Shown piece by piece: positions 14,075-20,000 of a stretch of DNA of 20,000 nucleotides. Position 1 is the first letter of the stretch. Each line of letters starts with the position of its first letter. The position numbers were made by a program, and so were the translations under genes. Origin of the DNA: an uncultured virus (IMG/VR IMGVR_UViG_3300035498_000413) (Duplodnaviria; Heunggongvirae; Uroviricota; Caudoviricetes); IMG/VR virus record IMGVR_UViG_3300035498_000413, positions 56,611 to 76,610 of that record. One strand, 5' to 3'. The notes under the pieces are model-generated. The model was not told where the DNA came from and ran no database searches. It was given only the letters and a program-made list of their open reading frames with translations.

Positions 14075-14253
14075 AGAATTTTTATCGCTACATTTCCGCT
14101 TCCATCTACTAGTTCAATACTAGTAAACTTTAGTTCCTAGAATTTTCTCAGTTCCCGCTTCAACTTATTCACAATTCGCTGATTAAAGTCACCCTTATTT
14201 TGCAGCAGGTTAATGCGGTTTTCAAGCCGCAGTTTCCGCACATTCTTATCCAT
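14071..14253 (-). CDS. small basic protein: 38 aa if TAG 14137-39 stops, 60 aa if read as Gln
   Basis: MDKNVRKLRLENRINLLQNKGDFNQRIVNKLKRELRKF*ELKFTSIELVDGSGNVAIKIL-TGA; GAGGAG RBS; overlaps the upstream stop. Confidence 0.65.
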
Positions 14254-14485
14254 TTGCTTCGTCTCCTCTCAAGTCACGAATTGCCTGTTCAGTAAGCTCA
14301 AGAACCGTACCTTCAGTTTCCCAGTCCTCAAGACGAATACTACTAAGATATTCAGCCCCATAAAAATCCATCACTTGATCCATAGCTTTATGGTAATCCT
14401 CAGCAGTTACGATACCTTGATAAGATTCAAGTGTTGTGCAAGCTTCCGTAGAATAAACCTTAACTTCATAACTGAAATAACTCAT
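14246..14485 (-). CDS. hypothetical protein
   Basis: Start ATG 14485 (MSYFSYEVK) with GAGGGA RBS, downstream of the promoter. Confidence 0.7.
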   Translation of the reverse strand: MSYFSYEVKVYSTEACTTLESYQGIVTAEDYHKAMDQVMDFYGAEYLSSIRLEDWETEGTVLELTEQAIRDLRGDEANG

Positions 14486-14510
14486 ATCGGTTCCCTCACT
14501 TTCTATATAC

Positions 14511-14539
14511 ATTATATAATAAATTTCTTAAAATTTCAA
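14511..14539 (-). promoter_or_regulatory. sigmaA-type promoter
   Basis: TTGAAA-17 bp-TATAAT followed by GTATATAGAAAGTGAG. Confidence 0.78.
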
Positions 14540-15024
14540 AGAACTCTTTTACGTAGTTCCTCAATTAAAGCCTCAGTAGAAGCAGAAGAAAGCAGTAAAG
14601 CATCCTTTGAAATCATAATGATAGGAGCAACAGGAACAACAGAGTCCCTTCCTATATGAGTAATTCCACCTTTCAGCATTATCGCGCCTTCTTTATCCGT
14701 CCAAGACGTAAATAACAAAGTTTGGATTCGTTTATCATATTTCACTATGATATCTTGATATTTGCGGTATTCATCAAAAGATAGAGGCAAACACAAACCA
14801 GCTCTTCCACTCCTATATCCACCATATAGAGGAGTATTATTTACCTCTCTAAGTTCGGTTACCATGTTTTTAAGAGGAAATGTTTTAAACCAATAATCAC
14901 ATTCCTCTACAATATTAGTATAAGTACTAGTCAGTTCAGAGTTTAAAACCATAGCTTTATAGCAGAATCTATTTTCATCGAGGATAAGGAGTTTATAGCC
15001 CTGAATTTCAATAATATCTTGCAT
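14536..15024 (-). CDS. hypothetical protein (weakly DUF6273-like)
   Basis: Probable start ATG 15024 (GGAGGT RBS, TAATG coupling); LSFDEYRKY motif; C-terminal STEALIEELRKR. Family assignment is tentative. Confidence 0.6.
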   Translation of the reverse strand: MQDIIEIQGYKLLILDENRFCYKAMVLNSELTSTYTNIVEECDYWFKTFPLKNMVTELREVNNTPLYGGYRSGRAGLCLPLSFDEYRKYQDIIVKYDKRIQTLLFTSWTDKEGAIMLKGGITHIGRDSVVPVAPIIMISKDALLLSSASTEALIEELRKRVL

Positions 15025-15206
15025 TAACATACCTCCCAGTTCCACTTTACTTTTGTTTCAGAAATTCCATTGCGATAAGCAAAAGGAAAGATAACAGAGT
15101 TCTTAATGGCATCGGCGGTTTCCGCAGGTTTAGAGAGGTTAATATCGAGGTTGCAAATAGACTGCGCACAAGTCTTAGGGGACTGCATATCAACTTTAAT
15201 CAGCAT
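15024..15206 (-). CDS. hypothetical 60-aa protein
   Basis: AAGGAG RBS; coupled to the downstream gene. Confidence 0.6.
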   Translation of the reverse strand: MLIKVDMQSPKTCAQSICNLDINLSKPAETADAIKNSVIFPFAYRNGISETKVKWNWEVC

Positions 15207-15242
15207 AGCTATATCTCCTTTTAAAAATTTTATTTAAGGAAT

Positions 15243-15611
15243 TTAATGTTTTTGTCCAACACACATTCTTTCTTTAATGTTATTTAGACGAGTCATTTCA
15301 TCTTCAAGTTTAAGGAATTTATTGCAATTATTACTGTAATAATAGATACCCGCGGTCGGCTGCTTAAATTCGTGATAAGGCGAGACCCAAGTTAAGTCAG
15401 CCTCATAGAAATCGTGCAAAGCTACAGCCGCTTCGTCTGTTTCGCAATAGCAATAAACTACAAATTCAAGATAATCGTGGTTTAATGCCAAAGGTTCAAA
15501 ATCTTTGCTATAAAGATGAATTTCATCTTTATATTTCTCGAGTTCGTATTTCTCACAGGCTTCTCTACTTGTAAAATCAGTGCCATCGGGAGCTCTATAG
15601 ATGATTTCCAT
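15243..15611 (-). CDS. hypothetical phage protein, YxAxDGTxF...CxxYE family (paralog 2)
   Basis: MEIIYRAPDGTDFTSREACEKYE; GGAGG RBS. Confidence 0.75.
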   Translation of the reverse strand: MEIIYRAPDGTDFTSREACEKYELEKYKDEIHLYSKDFEPLALNHDYLEFVVYCYCETDEAAVALHDFYEADLTWVSPYHEFKQPTAGIYYYSNNCNKFLKLEDEMTRLNNIKERMCVGQKH

Positions 15612-15643
15612 ATTTTACCTCCTCTACCAAAATCTGGAAATGC

Positions 15644-16075
15644 TCAATCTTCCAGTTTTGTCCACTCTCCATCATTATCAACGTCAAAAATAAAGGAAGA
15701 TCTTCTTGCGCCCATAACTTCAGCATAGCTATCCAGTCTTTCGTATTCTTCTTTCAGATTCTTCCAATCGCCCTCTCTATAGTCATAGAAGAAATATGCA
15801 GGAGCTTCCGCGTATCTCAATTCTTCAGGGATCCAATAGTCCTGAAGGTCATGAATTTGGATAAGTGCTTCAACGGCTCTCGGAGTTGCAAAATGAATAA
15901 AACCAACTTCCTCAAGTTCGACATCTTCATTAGGAGTAATTTCTCCATCGCAATCGTAGAGGAAAAGTTCTCCCTGTACTTCCTTCAATTTAAGACCTAC
16001 TTCATATGCAATACAGGAGTTTTCATCCTCAAAATCAGTTCCATCTTCTGCTCTATAGATTTCAATCTTTTCCAT
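15644..16075 (-). CDS. hypothetical phage protein, YxAxDGTxF...CxxYE family (paralog 1)
   Basis: MEKIEIYRAEDGTDFEDENSCIAYE; AAGGAG RBS. Confidence 0.75.
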   Translation of the reverse strand: MEKIEIYRAEDGTDFEDENSCIAYEVGLKLKEVQGELFLYDCDGEITPNEDVELEEVGFIHFATPRAVEALIQIHDLQDYWIPEELRYAEAPAYFFYDYREGDWKNLKEEYERLDSYAEVMGARRSSFIFDVDNDGEWTKLED

Positions 16076-16286
16076 TTAGAATCTTCTCCTTTTCTTCATC
16101 AGTAATCTCAAGGAAAGTAGAGTCAATAAGCGAAATAGTTACGCTATATAAATCATCTTTGTAGTAAGCATAAAGTCTTTCGCTAACTTCTACTAAAGAA
16201 CTTACATTAGTCATAACAATATTGTCTTTTAGTTCTTCGTTATCTACGAAGAAATGAACAGTACAGACTGCTGTTAAATCACCCAA
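16062..16286 (-). CDS. hypothetical 74-aa protein
   Basis: Probable TTG start at 16286 (MGDLTAVCTVHFF) with GGGGAG RBS; this avoids a long overlap with 16279..16752. Confidence 0.6.
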   Translation of the reverse strand: MGDLTAVCTVHFFVDNEELKDNIVMTNVSSLVEVSERLYAYYKDDLYSVTISLIDSTFLEITDEEKEKILNGKD

Positions 16287-16752
16287 AGTTGATATACTCC
16301 CCTTTCTTTTCTTTAGCTGTAAGGATATTCGCAATGTCGCTCGCGGATTTAAGATGCTTATCATCATAAGAAGCTTCATTCCATCCAAGCAGAAGGAATT
16401 TAAAATGCGGCGGCCACTGCTCAGGGAGGGTTTCTTCTGAGACAATATGCCACCCAATACCTACCGCATATCGTGCATTAGAGAGTTGACACCATTCTTC
16501 ATCTGCTTTAGTGCGGATTCCACGAATAACGAGAATTGGACCTTTAGAGAACCCGCGCACCCGCTTTAAATCTTTAGGTTCTTCTTCCTTGACTTTCTTC
16601 CCGTAATTCTTAGCTACCTCACCCTCAGTATACCAGCGGACGGCGCGTCGATTCTTGGTATTGGGATGCTCGACATCTATGTACATCTTTCCATTTTTCT
16701 CGTATGGGTCAGAAAGACGCTTGTAGTTTGCAAAAGAAGGTGCTGTTGACAT
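16279..16752 (-). CDS. hypothetical protein
   Basis: 157 aa, AAGGA RBS, TGA stop. Confidence 0.75.
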   Translation of the reverse strand: MSTAPSFANYKRLSDPYEKNGKMYIDVEHPNTKNRRAVRWYTEGEVAKNYGKKVKEEEPKDLKRVRGFSKGPILVIRGIRTKADEEWCQLSNARYAVGIGWHIVSEETLPEQWPPHFKFLLLGWNEASYDDKHLKSASDIANILTAKEKKGEYINFG

Positions 16753-16756
16753 AATA

Positions 16757-16993
16757 TCAATCCTTTCTAGCTAAATGGAACCAATAATTTGCGAACTCTC
16801 TACCTTCGGGATCACGGTTTGTGCCATTAACATAGATATTGGCATAATAAGAATCAGAAGGAAAAGCAGCAGGAAGATTCTCTCGTGCATATTTTCCAGC
16901 GATAAGAAGAGCATCTAAGAGTTGCTGCTTCTGCTGCTTAAGTTCTTTAATAGTGCTTAACAAAATTTTTGCATCCTCTTTAGAAATCTCCAT
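16757..16993 (-). CDS. hypothetical protein
   Basis: 78 aa, GAGGAG RBS, first gene after the promoter. Confidence 0.7.
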   Translation of the reverse strand: MEISKEDAKILLSTIKELKQQKQQLLDALLIAGKYARENLPAAFPSDSYYANIYVNGTNRDPEGREFANYWFHLARKD

Positions 16994-17025
16994 GAACTTT
17001 TCTCCTCTCTCAACTTTCTATAAAT

Positions 17026-17054
17026 ATTATAATGTATTTTTTTAAAAAAATAAA
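17026..17054 (-). promoter_or_regulatory. sigmaA-type promoter
   Basis: TTTATT-17 bp-TATAAT followed by ATTTATAGAAAGTTGAG. Confidence 0.65.
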
Positions 17055-17077
17055 AAGCTCTGCATCCGCAGAGCTTT
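17052..17077 (-). terminator. intrinsic terminator
   Basis: AAAGCTCTGC-GGAT-GCAGAGCTTT followed by a T tract. Confidence 0.8.
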
Positions 17078-17093
17078 AAAATCAAAAGAAGAG

Positions 17094-17399
17094 TTAAAGG
17101 CCCAACATCTTTAGAAGAGAATCAACCTTCGCTTGGTCTGCGGCAGTAGGTTCAACTTTCTTCGGAGCAGGGTCATCGGTAGTCCAATCGTTAGGGTTAG
17201 TGGGCTTTGGAGCTTCGGCTCGCGCAGGATCAAATTCAGCTTTCGGCATTGTGATGCTAATAGAAAACTGAATCTTTTCATCTCCGTCATCCGCTACCAC
17301 GTATAGCTTCTTCGCTTCTGTTCCTAAATATGCGTTTCCAAAAGCTTCCGTAATAGTCTTTACAACCTTCTCACGTGCAATATCGCCTCTACGTGCCAT
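17094..17399 (-). CDS. hypothetical phage protein
   Basis: 101 aa, AGGAGG RBS; MARRGDIAREKV...LLKMLGL. Confidence 0.75.
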   Translation of the reverse strand: MARRGDIAREKVVKTITEAFGNAYLGTEAKKLYVVADDGDEKIQFSISITMPKAEFDPARAEAPKPTNPNDWTTDDPAPKKVEPTAADQAKVDSLLKMLGL

Positions 17400-17410
17400 A
17401 AATATCCTCC

Positions 17411-17554
17411 TTAGATAATACTCATAAAATGTAGAATAGCCAGGAAGAAACAGGGAACTGTTCCTACTATACAGTCAGGTCGGCCATTCAGAGAGAGATA
17501 TACATCTACTCCACCAAAGCAAGCCCATACAATGCCCATAATTACATCAATCAT
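17411..17554 (-). CDS. small hydrophobic 47-aa protein
   Basis: MIDVIMGIVWACFGGVDVYLSLNGRPDCIVGTVPCFFLAILHFMSII; fills the gap exactly between its neighbours. Confidence 0.6.
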   Translation of the reverse strand: MIDVIMGIVWACFGGVDVYLSLNGRPDCIVGTVPCFFLAILHFMSII

Positions 17555-18923
17555 TTAATTTCGCCATCCTTTCTTCATAGCAGTGCGGACAGTGGGGTTC
17601 ATCATCCAGCATCTTCATATCTTCAATATCGTATTCTTCTCCACACCAATAACAAAGTTGTACGCCTCTTTCTTCTCGATCAAGTTCTTCCATTTCAAAG
17701 AAACATTCGGCGCAATATTTTTTACCTTTAAATTCTATCAATTCTTCTTTATAAAATTCATCTTTACAATTATCACACAGGTCAAGACCAAGTTCAAATC
17801 TTTGAGCAGCTTCTGCGCAAGAAGTACAGATATAATGTTCAGAATCATCGAGAGTTTTATCACAGCAAGGACAAGGTACTAAAGAGCCTACTTTTACTCG
17901 CAATTTTTCTTTAGTAGCTTTGCGGTCCTCGCGTGAGTAGTTTAAAAGAGTAATACTTCTTGCGTGAGAAAGATAAGGATTAAAATTGTTACAAGCTAAG
18001 ATGTCGTTATAAGCTAAAGTATCGCTTTTATCCTCTACAATATCGTCATAAGAAGTGATAAAACCATTTAAAATAAATCCGGGTACTTGCGGAAAGTGCG
18101 TTCCTGAGTCGTTATCAATCTTGCTGAAACCGGTACATTCAAGATCGTCTTGCTGCGGTCCAGGATAATTGCGTCTAACTTCATCCATTAAAACAGAAGA
18201 AAAGAATGGGTACTGCTTATTGTAATGGATTATTTTCCCAGATTTAGTAATGTGGATTAGCATACGCCAAATTTTGTTATTCCACTCAAGTTCTTCGGGA
18301 AAATACTTAAGATGAGTATCTTCTTCTGTTTTAAGATATACAACAACAGTAGAAGAATCTAGCATATAGGAGAAATTACCCGCACGATAGTCTCCCTCAA
18401 TGTAGTGGCAACTACTCCATCCGCAATTATTCTGGGAAATCGTAATATAATCTAGCGGATGCACTGAGAAACAAAGTTTTCCTGTTACTTTGTTCTGTTG
18501 GATTACTCGCGACGCAATGTCCTGGCACTTCCGTAAAGAATCAGGAGGAAGAACGTATTTGAAGGACTTTAGCAATTTAGCCCCTTCCTTCATATCAGTT
18601 CCTTCGGCCGGATAGGAGACTCGATTCTCGTAAAAGCTAGATTCATTTTTTTCAAGGAACTCGATAAATTTTTCATCGGCGCCTTCGTGAGACATCTGGC
18701 TCAGTAGTTTACTAAACATTTGAGTCTTTTGTTCTTCATTTAATTCAATAGTAATAGAGTTAGGAATTTCATAGATGGGTTCTCCGCCGAAGAGTTCGAT
18801 GAAACGGGCCTTGCGGATTTTCCATAAATTTACAATTTTACCAAAATCTGGTTCCCGCTCCCCAAAATCTTCAACGTTGGAGATAACTGCTTCTATCTGA
18901 TTTGTAATTTCGTTAATATCCAT
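17547..18923 (-). CDS. phage protein of unknown function with C-terminal Zn-ribbon array
   Basis: Core SVHPLDYITIS...WSSCH...G...YMLD; six CxxC pairs (CPCC, CTSC, CDNC, CAEC, CYWC, CPHC). Confidence 0.75.
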   Translation of the reverse strand: MDINEITNQIEAVISNVEDFGEREPDFGKIVNLWKIRKARFIELFGGEPIYEIPNSITIELNEEQKTQMFSKLLSQMSHEGADEKFIEFLEKNESSFYENRVSYPAEGTDMKEGAKLLKSFKYVLPPDSLRKCQDIASRVIQQNKVTGKLCFSVHPLDYITISQNNCGWSSCHYIEGDYRAGNFSYMLDSSTVVVYLKTEEDTHLKYFPEELEWNNKIWRMLIHITKSGKIIHYNKQYPFFSSVLMDEVRRNYPGPQQDDLECTGFSKIDNDSGTHFPQVPGFILNGFITSYDDIVEDKSDTLAYNDILACNNFNPYLSHARSITLLNYSREDRKATKEKLRVKVGSLVPCPCCDKTLDDSEHYICTSCAEAAQRFELGLDLCDNCKDEFYKEELIEFKGKKYCAECFFEMEELDREERGVQLCYWCGEEYDIEDMKMLDDEPHCPHCYEERMAKLND

Positions 18924-18976
18924 AAGGCCCTCCTTCTTTATATAAATATAATATTATATTTTTTATTATAAATAAA

Positions 18977-19747
18977 TTAAGATTGCGACTTAGAATAAAG
19001 TTCCATCATAGCCGCGGACCGCGCACAAGTAGTACAGAATCTACAGCTTTGAGGCGCTTCACGGCACCGCTGCCCGCAGTTTGCTCTTTGTTCTCCAAAT
19101 TCTGCGGGAATGTAGATACTTGGTACCGAAGGTTCTAGGTCATGAATCAGGAGAGAGAGATTGAAGGGAAATGAAGTCTTTTGGTAAAGAGAATAGAAAG
19201 ATTCTTCTTCATCACGATAGATGACATCAAATTCTAGGTAGTCGATTGCAGTGTAGTATTGAAGATCTTCTGGACGGATGTAAAAGTCAGAGATTGAAAC
19301 AGTAGGAAGAAGTGTGGAAGGGTGCGCGGGACGGGCTCTGATGACAATACTGGATTGAGATTTGCGGCGGGCGATGGTATTCATTTGAAAACCTAGGGGT
19401 CCTGCTACTAGAACGTCAGATACACCTGCGGATTCCAGCTGGGAAAAAGTATCCCAGTCTGTGACGGGGAGATTGAGGTAGGCGTTGTTTCCAGAATTTA
19501 CTAGTTTTTGCAGAATATGGAAATCCTTCGTTGCTATTGTATAGTTTGGAGTTAATGCTTTAATTAGAGTTACTTGTTGTAGGAGTTTGTTATAGTCTGT
19601 TTCACTAGATTCTGGAAATAGGATTCTATATCTGCGGTTAGGGTTCTTTTTAACGAGATCATATACGTCTCCTAGCCTGTTCCATCCGCACGTTACTTCA
19701 TCTGCGGATTCTAGGTATTTATTTCCTACAGTTAGAGAATATTTCAT
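18977..19747 (-). CDS. peptidase-U32-like (Fe-S) protein, divergent
   Basis: FYIRPEDLQYY..IDYLEF and C-terminal CGQRC...CRFC..C resemble U32-like proteins. GGAGG RBS. Family assignment is tentative. Confidence 0.5.
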   Translation of the reverse strand: MKYSLTVGNKYLESADEVTCGWNRLGDVYDLVKKNPNRRYRILFPESSETDYNKLLQQVTLIKALTPNYTIATKDFHILQKLVNSGNNAYLNLPVTDWDTFSQLESAGVSDVLVAGPLGFQMNTIARRKSQSSIVIRARPAHPSTLLPTVSISDFYIRPEDLQYYTAIDYLEFDVIYRDEEESFYSLYQKTSFPFNLSLLIHDLEPSVPSIYIPAEFGEQRANCGQRCREAPQSCRFCTTCARSAAMMELYSKSQS

Positions 19748-19874
19748 TCTACGTCCTCCTGTTTTAATAAATTAGAGTTTGTTGTATGAGTTAGTGTTAG
19801 TTGTTTTATACGCCTTGATGGGAATTTTTAATTGTTTCTGTAAATGTGTACACATTGCTTAAAGGTAATATATC

Positions 19875-19901
19875 TTTTTTTTTTTTTTTTTTTTTTTTTT
19901 T
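19875..19901 (+). repeat. 27-nt poly(T) homopolymer
   Basis: Direct count of the uninterrupted T run. Confidence 0.9.
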
Positions 19902-19935
19902 GATGTATTACCATAATACTGCATGGCGGCAACAA

Positions 19936-19968
19936 GGCGGCGAAGCCGCTTATTTATTTGTTCTTTTT
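19936..19968 (+). terminator. possible plus-strand terminator or DNA hairpin
   Basis: AGGCGGC-GAA-GCCGCTT followed by ATTTATTTGTTCTTTTT. Confidence 0.45.
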
Positions 19969-20000
19969 ATCTATTTACCCCTTTATATATTATGTGTATC

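Noticed and set aside
3935..16457. Longest-ORF starts at 4009, 5195, 11848, 12874, 14512, 15045 and 16457
   Set aside because: These extensions cross promoters, terminators, RNA elements or other genes, and downstream starts have clear RBSs.
355..17882. Plus-strand ORFs in the track (e.g. 355..624, 3134..3382, 8834..9100, 11161..11568, 14213..14659, 17583..17882)
   Set aside because: They are antisense shadows of well-supported minus-strand genes or RNAs, with no recognisable motifs.

Overview
This window looks like part of a large AT-rich phage genome, probably infecting a Firmicutes/Clostridia-type host (inferred from sigmaA-type promoters and strong AGGAG RBSs). Every credible gene is on the minus strand. 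From right to left it holds: small early-type hypothetical genes behind repeated sigmaA promoters; a tRNA array; a six-gene virion fibre/decoration cassette; a second tRNA array; an intein-split radical SAM/SPASM enzyme with a 22-Cys partner protein; a DUF2828 (TROVE/vWA-like) protein; an HslV-like Ntn protease; and a Pol-beta/RlaP-like nucleotidyltransferase. The main result is stop-codon recoding. Eight in-frame TAG codons break four structural genes, several at positions where Gln fits the motif, and an amber suppressor tRNA (CUA) lies about 0.5 kb downstream of the cassette. The long non-structural ORFs all end in TAA or TGA. The tRNA spacers are rich in RNA structure: an HDV-like theta ribozyme at the 3' end of tRNA-Ser(UGA), a twister ribozyme abutting the 5' end of tRNA-Ser(GCU), three covarying copies of an unrecognised AGAYRC-NN-ACAGCAA...GYRTCTAG stem element each just after a tRNA CCA, and several H-type pseudoknots. 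All calls were made by eye, with no searches run.
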